A stretch of DNA of 32,000 nucleotides from Breznakia blatticola. Lineage in GTDB: Bacteria; Bacillota_I; Bacilli_A; Erysipelotrichales; Erysipelotrichaceae. Where the stretch lies: contig NZ_SODD01000009.1 in the NCBI RefSeq assembly GCF_004365815.1, positions 1 to 32,000 on the forward strand, in the 5' to 3' direction. The position numbers were made by a program, and so were the translations under genes. The notes under the pieces were generated by a model, which did no database searches, was not told the DNA's origin, and saw only the letters and a program-made list of their open reading frames with translations. Positions 6,952 to 14,671 of the stretch are shown here, piece after piece; within the stretch, counting starts at the first letter, position 1, and each line of letters opens with the position of its first letter.

Positions 6952-7770
6952 TCATTTATTTCTAATCAATGGAATTTGAATTTCCGTAAGATATGCATCT
7001 GGATTTTCTTCATTCCAAGGTCCGCGATGAACGATTTGTCGACTGGATCCTGCCATCGTATATTGATCATTTTTTTCAAGCCAACTAGCAAAGGTTTGAT
7101 ATGCATTAGCAATGTTACTAAATTCACCATAGACCATCGTACAAGCCATAAACTCTACAGGTTCAACATAACGATACACGCAAGGAAATATATCATCATA
7201 TTCTTTATCAACTTGCACACATAACTCAACATCTACATCTTGTTCGCGATAATCAGTATCGTGATAGATAGAAAACGTTTCTTCATTTGTATGGATTTGA
7301 TATTGTTTTAAATAGGTTGATAGTTCCTTCCATAACTCCCCTTCATGGTAATAATCAGGCAAAATTCTTCTAAGGGATATAACTTGGTAACCAGGGACTG
7401 ATTTGATCGATGTGTTGTAGTGCATGGTTTGTTTGCCATCACTTAATTGCTGTTTAGCAATCTTGATTTTATTGAGTTTTTCTTTTTCATCTTCAATATT
7501 CTGCTTTATAACATTTAATTTTTGATCCAACTGAGCCAATGTCTTTTGGGTATCCGAATACTCCAATGCTTCAAAAATTTCAGCAACACTAAAACCACTA
7601 TCACGAAGATAGATGATTTTATTAAGTCTAGGAATTTGGTCTACTGCATACATTCGATACCCAGTATCTGCATCAACAGTTGCTGGCTTAAGTAAACCAT
7701 TTTCATCGTAATAACGAAGCATACGAACTGACACTTGAGTTAATTTTGAAAATTCACCAATTTTAAACAT
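6952..7770 (-). CDS. MerR family transcriptional regulator with a GyrI-like effector-binding domain (BmrR-like)
   Basis: MFKIGEFSKLTQVSVRMLRYYDENGLL is a MerR HTH, followed by a coiled-coil linker and a C-terminal GyrI-like domain. The ATG at 7770 is preceded by an AGGAG SD. The track start at 7794 lies upstream of the predicted transcription start. Confidence 0.9.
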   Translation of the reverse strand: MFKIGEFSKLTQVSVRMLRYYDENGLLKPATVDADTGYRMYAVDQIPRLNKIIYLRDSGFSVAEIFEALEYSDTQKTLAQLDQKLNVIKQNIEDEKEKLNKIKIAKQQLSDGKQTMHYNTSIKSVPGYQVISLRRILPDYYHEGELWKELSTYLKQYQIHTNEETFSIYHDTDYREQDVDVELCVQVDKEYDDIFPCVYRYVEPVEFMACTMVYGEFSNIANAYQTFASWLEKNDQYTMAGSSRQIVHRGPWNEENPDAYLTEIQIPLIRNK

Positions 7771-7794
7771 AGTATTTCTCCTACATGTAATCAA

Positions 7795-7823
7795 ATTATA
7801 GTCAGTTGTTTTTCATACTTCAA
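7795..7823 (-). promoter_or_regulatory. Sigma-A-type promoter of the MerR gene (TTGAAG-17 nt-TATAAT)
   Basis: On the minus strand, -35 TTGAAG is at 7818-7823, the spacer is 17 nt, and -10 TATAAT is at 7795-7800. Confidence 0.55.
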
Positions 7824-7852
7824 TAAAAATATTATGCCTCACATAACATTTT

Positions 7853-8230
7853 CTAATGATACAAAAATGTAAGTAAATAACAAATGGCACAAATTAGTGA
7901 TAACGGAGTCATTACATATTTTTCCTTTTTGCTGTTTGAAAAGAAATTCATCGCTGTATTGACTACAAGATATATTGCAAGAAACAAACAGATCCACTTT
8001 GCTGCAGTATATGAAAGTGGTAGTGTAATCATATTTCCAACATATAGAATTATCAATATTGCAAATATTTGTATGATAAAAGAAATACCTGTGGCAATTC
8101 TCATATGTTTAGGAAGCACTCTATGTGCACCTCCAAGCGTATATTCACCAAGAGGAAAACCAAAGGTAACTAGTAGTGTTAGAATTGCTACAAAACTAAA
8201 TAGCAATGCACCAAGTAATGCATATATCAC
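7853..8230 (-). CDS. Hypothetical integral membrane protein (about 4 TM segments)
   Basis: Four hydrophobic stretches are visible in the translation. It starts 6 nt after the upstream PNPOx gene, so the two are probably an operon. Confidence 0.6.
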   Translation of the reverse strand: MIYALLGALLFSFVAILTLLVTFGFPLGEYTLGGAHRVLPKHMRIATGISFIIQIFAILIILYVGNMITLPLSYTAAKWICLFLAIYLVVNTAMNFFSNSKKEKYVMTPLSLICAICYLLTFLYH

Positions 8231-8236
8231 GTACTT

Positions 8237-8704
8237 CTATCCTATTGATTTCTTTTCAAAATCAATTGATGTTCGTGTACCAGCATGAGGATCATTCCAT
8301 AATCCAAGTTTTAGCTGAATACGTAAAATACACGTACCTTTATCTTCTTCATTATTTGCAACATAGTACCACTCAGCAAATACCGTTCTCAGTTTCTTAA
8401 TAATATCTTCATTCTTTTCATCACAAACCCAACCAAGGTTTTCAGCTACTCCATTTGCTGTAAAGTTATCGACAATAATACAAATTGCAACATTTGGATT
8501 CTTTGCAACCTGTTGCATCTTCCCTGTCACTTCATGTGTAACCACATAAAATGCCTCATCTTCATAATATGCATCAACAATTCGTGCATCTGGACGAACC
8601 ATACCATTTACTTCATCTAAAGCGATAGTTGATAGCGATAACAAATTATCCTTATTTCCAAATTTCTCGTTTAAATCTTGTAGTGCTTTTTCATACGTCA
8701 TCAT
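8237..8704 (-). CDS. Pyridoxamine 5'-phosphate oxidase family protein (general stress protein 26-like)
   Basis: Length and the pattern LSLSTI..DG.V.PDARIVDAYYEDEAFYVVTH..T.K..Q...NPNVAI resemble split-barrel FMN-binding PNPOx-like proteins. Confidence 0.65.
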   Translation of the reverse strand: MMTYEKALQDLNEKFGNKDNLLSLSTIALDEVNGMVRPDARIVDAYYEDEAFYVVTHEVTGKMQQVAKNPNVAICIIVDNFTANGVAENLGWVCDEKNEDIIKKLRTVFAEWYYVANNEEDKGTCILRIQLKLGLWNDPHAGTRTSIDFEKKSIG

Positions 8705-8813
8705 ACATGTCTCCTTTATATCATTTTGTGACTTCTATTACCAGTATTCAAATTTCATATTCATATTGCCAATCAACCAATCCAGTTTATCCTGCTATTG
8801 GAAGAGTCAAACA

Positions 8814-9275
8814 TTATAGTTTAATCGTATTGATATCCTCTGTGATGATCCAATCATCCATGTTTTTCTCACGATTATAAGTAAATGGTTCAATTGCTTC
8901 TATATCAGATACTTCATAAACCGCAAGATACTTTTTACCTGCCCAACGTTCATACTGCTTCTTTGATAAATTCAATTCTTTTTCATATTTTTTTACGAAA
9001 TCAATGGACTCTTCTTTTGTCATTTTCTCTGATTCAATGACTTTTGATATTCTTGCCTTGTGTGTAACTGACATATCTCCACCAGTTTCCACAAAATATA
9101 ATGTATCATCAACTTTCGCACGTCCACCTAATGGTGATTTTTTACCTGCAGCACCACGAATAATCATCGTTTTTTCTCCATCAAGTAATTTGTTTAATTC
9201 TTTACCTTCTTTATTTAAATATACTAAGTGTTCTGCTTTTCCTTCTTTTCCAACATACCATTCTGCTTTTGTCAT
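8814..9275 (-). CDS. ASCH domain-containing protein
   Basis: LLDGEKTMIIRG matches the ASCH motif (G-x-K-T-x-x-x-R). The ATG at 9275 is preceded by a GAAGGA SD, so the track's 14-codon extension is rejected. Confidence 0.5.
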   Translation of the reverse strand: MTKAEWYVGKEGKAEHLVYLNKEGKELNKLLDGEKTMIIRGAAGKKSPLGGRAKVDDTLYFVETGGDMSVTHKARISKVIESEKMTKEESIDFVKKYEKELNLSKKQYERWAGKKYLAVYEVSDIEAIEPFTYNREKNMDDWIITEDINTIKL

Positions 9276-9436
9276 ACATCCTTCTTTCCCTGGCTTTTCG
9301 ACCACACGATTCAGCACTGCACCACAAGGTGCTTTTTAAGTTTATCACAACTCGCTTGTATTAACCTTACAGTCTATTTATCAGAATGTAAACTGAATTT
9401 TTAAAAGTATGTCTTTCAACTCTTATCAAATAGTTT

Positions 9437-9733
9437 TTAGTTTGACAGTAATATTGCATTGTTAATGTATGAAGGGCCTTCATCAACACTATACAAAAGA
9501 TAGTCTTCATGATCTTTTAGATCAAATTTACGTAGTGCATTTCCATCAATATAATAAACTACTTTATTATGACTATCATAATAAACAGATCTTCCCATCA
9601 AATGCTCATATTCTTCAAAAGGTGCAGTAGCATCATAAATTGCTTTATCACTTTCATCTTTGAAGTGTCGATCATCTTCAGTACGATACAAATACGTATC
9701 ATCATTTGGTATGATTGAACCCACTACTTTTCT
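9437..9733 (-). pseudogene. C-terminal continuation of the upstream lipoprotein ORF, same frame, separated only by one TGA
   Basis: The codons read ...AAA GAA ATC TGA AGA AAA GTA GTG GGT..., so the 95-aa ORF is in frame with the 218-aa ORF. There is no convincing SD before the GTG at 9724. Both parts share the repeat character (KVYY / VVYYID). Confidence 0.55.
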
Positions 9734-10390
9734 TCAGATTTCTTTTATTGGTTTTATTTTAAAATTAGAAGCAAACTGATACATCGTTGATTCAGGCGTT
9801 TCTTGTTCATACAATTGATAAAATGGAACAACAACTGCATATATTGTTTTAGTTGCTGAATTGAATCCAAGATTATCAATATGTAATTCATCATTCCAGT
9901 CATAATTTTGAATGTTTTTTGATTGCTTATCTACTAAATATGGTTTTATTCCGCGATTGAATTCTTTGATTTCTTCGATTAGTTCACCACCAATGAATAA
10001 ATGATCATCAATAGGAAAAATATAATTCACAGTTAAAAATCGATCATCAAAAACTGATACATCTTTCGTTTCTACATCGTAAATCATGATGCCATCTTCA
10101 CGCGAATAAAGAACATCCTGCTCTACTAAGTTTTGTGAGTAATACACTTTATTATCTTTTCTATCATATACTCCAATTGGGTATTGTGCTCGATTTTCAT
10201 ATGTATAAATCTTCTCAGCTTTCTCACTACTCATATCAAAAGAATAAATACTTGTCTCTATTGTGTTTTCATCTTTTTGTATTGATGCTGTAAATGAAAT
10301 ATACTTCCCTTTCATTTCAGCTGTTTTATTATCACATGCAGTCACTATCAATAGAACGCATAGACAAAAACCAACTATAATTCTTTTCAC
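9734..10390 (-). CDS. Putative lipoprotein (beta-propeller-like repeats), truncated by an in-frame TGA
   Basis: Signal peptide MKRIIVGFCLCVLLIVTAC ends in a lipobox Cys. SD GGAGGGAAG lies upstream. The ORF ends at TGA 9734-9736 and the frame reopens immediately. Confidence 0.7.
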   Translation of the reverse strand: MKRIIVGFCLCVLLIVTACDNKTAEMKGKYISFTASIQKDENTIETSIYSFDMSSEKAEKIYTYENRAQYPIGVYDRKDNKVYYSQNLVEQDVLYSREDGIMIYDVETKDVSVFDDRFLTVNYIFPIDDHLFIGGELIEEIKEFNRGIKPYLVDKQSKNIQNYDWNDELHIDNLGFNSATKTIYAVVVPFYQLYEQETPESTMYQFASNFKIKPIKEI

Positions 10391-10489
10391 TTGCTTCCCT
10401 CCTTTTAATTTTTCATAATCATTATTATGTCTAATTTACTAAATTATAGCATTGTAGTTAACGGTAAAGAAGGATACTTTCTAAAGTAT

Positions 10490-10513
10490 AAAAGACCAAC
10501 GAATTGGTCTTTT
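10490..10513 (-). terminator. Rho-independent terminator
   Basis: Stem AAAGACCAA (10491-10499) / TTGGTCTTT (10504-10512) with loop CGAA, and T/A runs on both sides. Confidence 0.7.
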
Positions 10514-10535
10514 GAGTTTTAAATAATACTTGATT

Positions 10536-11216
10536 TTATTTTGTGCTTTTTATAATAGAGTAACAGTCACTTAAGTGAACTTTTTGATGTCTTGTTATTG
10601 GCATTAGTAGTAAACCACCAATATTTTTCTTACCCCAAAAATCAATTAGCCAAATAGAAACTTCATGATTTAATACAGACTTTGAAGTTAGAATAAAGTC
10701 TAATTGATCTTGTGTTGGCTTAACTTTCAAATCACTACTTGTGAGTTTTTGAATGATACCTCTTGTCTTTTTTGCTACTGCTAGGCGGTAGTCGAATAAA
10801 GCCTCTTGATTAATAGAAGAGGAAAACTCTATCATTTCCGTTTGAGACATAGAGTTACCAGTATCAATTCTATTAATATTCATTTTCTCGACCCAATTGT
10901 CTTGAAAAATCACTTGTGTGTCATTAGCAATTAATGTATTTGCGCAAATATCTTCAATTCGTGTCATATGAAAAATAAAGAACGCAAGTGTACGATATCC
11001 TTGATACTTTTTACTTGTAGTGTATCGAAAACTCTTCTCATTTAATCCAGCTAAGGCTTCATTTTGAAAAGTGTCTATAGAACTATACGTTAATTGCTTA
11101 TCGTGAATAAGTTCATGTGCACGTAATGCCTTTACTTTAACTTTTTCAATATCGCCGTCTTTTATAGCTTGTCGTAACTCTTTAATAAGTAGATTATAAA
11201 TACTGTTATCCAACAT
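10536..11216 (-). CDS. Hypothetical protein (possibly DinB-superfamily helical bundle)
   Basis: The translation looks helical, with spaced His residues (FHMTRIED, ITRHQKVH). SD AGGGAGGG lies upstream. The family assignment is a weak impression only. Confidence 0.3.
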   Translation of the reverse strand: MLDNSIYNLLIKELRQAIKDGDIEKVKVKALRAHELIHDKQLTYSSIDTFQNEALAGLNEKSFRYTTSKKYQGYRTLAFFIFHMTRIEDICANTLIANDTQVIFQDNWVEKMNINRIDTGNSMSQTEMIEFSSSINQEALFDYRLAVAKKTRGIIQKLTSSDLKVKPTQDQLDFILTSKSVLNHEVSIWLIDFWGKKNIGGLLLMPITRHQKVHLSDCYSIIKSTK

Positions 11217-11280
11217 TTTTAACCCTCCCTTGGTCTAGGTTTGTTCGAATGTATTTAAAAATGCTTAAAATCAAAAATCT

Positions 11281-12597
11281 TTATGAAATTGCTCGTTGCA
11301 GTAATACCACACACTCCACATGATACGTGTTTGGAAACATGTCTACAGGTTGTACATATTCACATGTGTAACCATGTTCTTTGTATATCGCAATATCTCT
11401 TGCTAGTGTTGCTGGATTACATGAAATATATGCAATTGTTCTTGGTTTCATTTTCACTGTACTTTCAATTGTTAAAGTGTCTAGTCCTTTTCGTGGTGGA
11501 TCTACAAAAACTACATCAGGATATTTTTTACTTGATACAATTTTATTAGCATATGTACCTGCATCACTACAAATGAACGTAACATTATCCATTTGATTTA
11601 ATTGTTGGTTGATTTTTGCGTTTTCAATTGCAGGAGCAACAATTTCTACACCAGTTACATGTTTTGCTTGTCGAGCAAGAAATAATGTAATACTTCCAAC
11701 ACCACAGTATAAGTCAATCACTCTATCTTCGTTTGTTATATTAGCTGATTTAATTGCTTCATTATACAAATGGATGGTTTGCTTTGGATTAATTTGGAAG
11801 AATGAATGTAATGAAATTTGGAATTTTAATCCATCAAGTTCCTCGACAATATACGCTTTCCCATCAATCACATCAATATGATCACCTAAAATCACGTTGT
11901 CATTTCTAGTATTAATGTTTTGTAGTAAAGAAACGATTGGATATCTATCTAGTAATGGTTTCATAAATGCAGCAATTTCCTCTTTATGATCTTTACGCAT
12001 GATAAAAGCAACCATGACTTCCCCACTTACAAATGCGTGCTTGATTAATACATGACGTACATCATCCACAAATGATGTATTTTTAATAGTTCGTAGTTCA
12101 GCATAGATTGTATCAATCAACTCACTTTGTACAAGACATGTATCAATATCGACTAAATCATTCGAACGTAGTCGATAAAACCCCATTGCAAATGGGTGTC
12201 CTTGTGCTGGAAACTGTGCTTTGTTTCGATAATGAGATGTATTACTAGCTAAAGGTTTACGCACGTCAATATCTAATTTTCCAATATTTTGAATATTTTG
12301 TTTTACAATTCGATGCTTGAAATCTAGTTGTGCTTCATAGTCCATGTGCATAATATGACAACCACCACATTTTGGATAATATGGACATGAAGGTGTAATA
12401 CGATGTTCACTTTCTTTTAGAATTCGTTCAACTTTTCCATATCCTAGTTTTTTATTGCGTTTAAGTATTAAGAATTCAATTTCTTCATGTAATAAGACAC
12501 CACGCACAAAATAGGTGAAGTTATCTACTTTAACTACACCCATTCCATCATATGTATAATCGCTAACTGTTCCTTGCAGTAGTTCACGTTTTTTCAT
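11281..12597 (-). CDS. rlmD: 23S rRNA (uracil-5-)-methyltransferase, RlmD/RumA family (TRAM domain + 4Fe-4S + SAM MTase)
   Basis: An N-terminal TRAM-like segment is followed by the Cys cluster CPYYPKCGGC...C, the SAM motif DLYCGVGSI, then DPPRKG and a catalytic Cys in SCNP. The ATG at 12597 is preceded by a GGAGG SD. Confidence 0.9.
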   Translation of the reverse strand: MKKRELLQGTVSDYTYDGMGVVKVDNFTYFVRGVLLHEEIEFLILKRNKKLGYGKVERILKESEHRITPSCPYYPKCGGCHIMHMDYEAQLDFKHRIVKQNIQNIGKLDIDVRKPLASNTSHYRNKAQFPAQGHPFAMGFYRLRSNDLVDIDTCLVQSELIDTIYAELRTIKNTSFVDDVRHVLIKHAFVSGEVMVAFIMRKDHKEEIAAFMKPLLDRYPIVSLLQNINTRNDNVILGDHIDVIDGKAYIVEELDGLKFQISLHSFFQINPKQTIHLYNEAIKSANITNEDRVIDLYCGVGSITLFLARQAKHVTGVEIVAPAIENAKINQQLNQMDNVTFICSDAGTYANKIVSSKKYPDVVFVDPPRKGLDTLTIESTVKMKPRTIAYISCNPATLARDIAIYKEHGYTCEYVQPVDMFPNTYHVECVVLLQRAIS

Positions 12598-12621
12598 TGA
12601 AACCTCCAAAAAAATCGAGCA

Positions 12622-13218
12622 TTACTGCCCGATTTCTTCTCCTTTTTTTGGATATGATTTAAGTTTATCAGCAACTTCTTGATTTTTAGCGTTAGATACA
12701 ATATCCGTATGTTGTGATTCTGCACTTGCATTTTTTACAAGTACGTAATGGATGTTTGTTGGTCTTGCTTCATCTGGTAGATAGTTATAAACCTGAATTT
12801 CTAAATCATACATTTTTGTATTTTCCTTGTTAGTGAAATACGTAGCAATCGGCAATATAGAATCCACTTTTGCATATGCATCATTTACGATGGCTGCAAT
12901 TTGTTCGTTTGTTGTTTCATCTTTTGTGTTGATTGTAATTCGTAAAGTAGCACTTTTCAAATTCACTTCAACATCTTCTGCTTCAGCATATCCTAACAAA
13001 CCTTCAATATCTTTTAACTTTGACTCTTCAATTTTTGGATCCAGTTGTCCTTTGAAACGATCTCCGACTACTGGTTGGCTTGAAGAACCCATAGATGTAA
13101 GTAATACGAAAGCAAGGATCAAACATGGTACTGCAACTATCACAATTGTGAAACGAAGCAACCAGTTTGGTCTACGTTTATTCTTCTTGTTTTTGTTTGT
13201 TTTTTTGAGTATAGCCAT
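12622..13218 (-). CDS. Hypothetical membrane-anchored protein (N-terminal basic tail + single TM, extracytoplasmic domain)
   Basis: KKTNKNKKNKRRP is followed by LLRFTIVIVAVPCLILAFVLL. It is tightly packed between gatB and rlmD. No family recognised. Confidence 0.6.
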   Translation of the reverse strand: MAILKKTNKNKKNKRRPNWLLRFTIVIVAVPCLILAFVLLTSMGSSSQPVVGDRFKGQLDPKIEESKLKDIEGLLGYAEAEDVEVNLKSATLRITINTKDETTNEQIAAIVNDAYAKVDSILPIATYFTNKENTKMYDLEIQVYNYLPDEARPTNIHYVLVKNASAESQHTDIVSNAKNQEVADKLKSYPKKGEEIGQ

Positions 13219-13245
13219 GAAACTCTCCTTGTCTAACCTATTTTA

Positions 13246-14670
13246 CTATCTTTTGTTTAATTCTTCAACAAGCAACTTATTTGTAAGTCCTGGGTTTGCT
13301 TGTCCCTTTGATAGTTTCATAACTTGTCCTACTAAGAAACCAACTGCACGGTCTTTACCGTTTTTGAAATCTTCTATAGATTGTGGGTTTGCATCAAGTG
13401 CTTGGTTAATAAGCGCTAAGATTGCATTTGGATCACTTAATTGTTCCATTCCCTTTTCTTTAACAACAGCTTTTGCCGTCTTTCCTTCAACAATACCTTC
13501 AAATACTTCTTTGGCTTGTTTACTAGAGATTTCTTTGTTTGCAACCATGTTAATCATGCTTGCAAGTTCAATTGGTGCTAGTTTACTTTCTTGAATTTGT
13601 AATCCATTTTTATTTAAATATGCACTTACATCACCTAGTAACCAGTTAGCAACCAGTTTGTATTCTTTTGTGTGTGCTACGGTTTCATTAAAGAAATCAG
13701 ATAATTCTTTATTTGCTACTAATGTATTTGCATCATAATCGCTTAATTCATAAGTTGAAATATACGTTTCATATCTTTCTTTAGGTAATTCAGGCATGTT
13801 ATCGATAATATCTTGCATCATCTCATCGTCAATACGAATTGGAAAGATATTTGGTTCTGGGAAGTATTTGTAGTCTACAGCACCTTCTTTTTTACGCATT
13901 TCCACAGTTTGACGAGTTGCTTCATCAAAACGTAAGGTTGCTTGACTTACTGTTCCACCAGCTAATAGTATTTCATTTTGACGTTTCATTTCATATTCAA
14001 TAGCTCTTTGCACATTGGCAATAGAGTTCAAGTTTTTGATTTCTGCTTTCGCCCCCAAAACATCACTTCCATATGGACGTAATGAGATGTTTACATCACA
14101 ACGTAAAGAACCTTCTTCCATACGCACATCACTTACACCTAGGTAGTATAATGTCTTACGGATTTCTTCTACATAAGCAGCAGCTTCTTTTCCATTACGC
14201 ATGTCTGGTTCACTAACAATTTCAATAAGTGGTGTTCCCGCACGGTTAAAATCAATCATCGTTCCTTCATCTGTATGGAATTGTTTTGCTGTATCTTCTT
14301 CCATGTGGATACGATTTAAACGAACTACTTTTTCACCTTCATCCGTTTGAATTGTTACACTACCATTACTTCCAATTGGATAAAACTGTTGTGTAATTTG
14401 GAAACCTTTTGGTAAATCTGAATAATAGTAGTTTTTACGGTCAAAGCGAATTAAACGATCTACTTCACAGTTTGTTGCTAAACATGCTTTCACAGCACTT
14501 CGCACAGCTTCTTTATTCACACATGGTAGAGTTCCTGGCATTCCTAAGTCAATTTCATTTGTACACGTATTTGGTGTAGCGGCAAAACTAAGTGGTGCAC
14601 TTGAGAACATTTTAGTATTTGTTTTTAATTCACAGTGGATTTCAATCCCAATAATGACTTCAAAATTCAT
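13246..14670 (-). CDS. gatB: Asp-tRNA(Asn)/Glu-tRNA(Gln) amidotransferase subunit B
   Basis: MNFEVIIGIEIHCEL and the full-length GatB pattern are present, including the C-terminal YqeY-like domain. It lies in gatCAB operon order. Confidence 0.97.
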   Translation of the reverse strand: MNFEVIIGIEIHCELKTNTKMFSSAPLSFAATPNTCTNEIDLGMPGTLPCVNKEAVRSAVKACLATNCEVDRLIRFDRKNYYYSDLPKGFQITQQFYPIGSNGSVTIQTDEGEKVVRLNRIHMEEDTAKQFHTDEGTMIDFNRAGTPLIEIVSEPDMRNGKEAAAYVEEIRKTLYYLGVSDVRMEEGSLRCDVNISLRPYGSDVLGAKAEIKNLNSIANVQRAIEYEMKRQNEILLAGGTVSQATLRFDEATRQTVEMRKKEGAVDYKYFPEPNIFPIRIDDEMMQDIIDNMPELPKERYETYISTYELSDYDANTLVANKELSDFFNETVAHTKEYKLVANWLLGDVSAYLNKNGLQIQESKLAPIELASMINMVANKEISSKQAKEVFEGIVEGKTAKAVVKEKGMEQLSDPNAILALINQALDANPQSIEDFKNGKDRAVGFLVGQVMKLSKGQANPGLTNKLLVEELNKR

Positions 14671-14671
14671 C

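Noticed and set aside
7884-8400. Plus-strand ORFs of 134 aa and 64 aa
   Set aside because: They are antisense to the membrane-protein and PNPOx genes, which have proper SD sequences and operon spacing. They have no start signals of their own.
9722-9736. The in-frame TGA as evidence for a TGA-as-sense genetic code (code 4 or 25)
   Set aside because: The MerR gene stops at a TGA (6952-6954). All conserved housekeeping genes (gatCAB, ligA, pcrA, pgi, the ATPase) are full length with no internal TGA. This single TGA is therefore a local nonsense or readthrough event, not a recoded genome.
1-11216. The left region as an integrated mobile element or prophage remnant
   Set aside because: I saw no integrase, transposase, recombinase, phage structural gene, tRNA target or flanking direct repeats in the window.
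12827-13594. A 255-aa plus-strand ORF, the longest unassigned ORF in the track
   Set aside because: It lies entirely antisense to gatB and the 198-aa membrane-protein gene. The translation is Ser/Phe/Ile/Leu-rich and low complexity, there is no SD, and it simply mirrors the codon structure of the real minus-strand genes.
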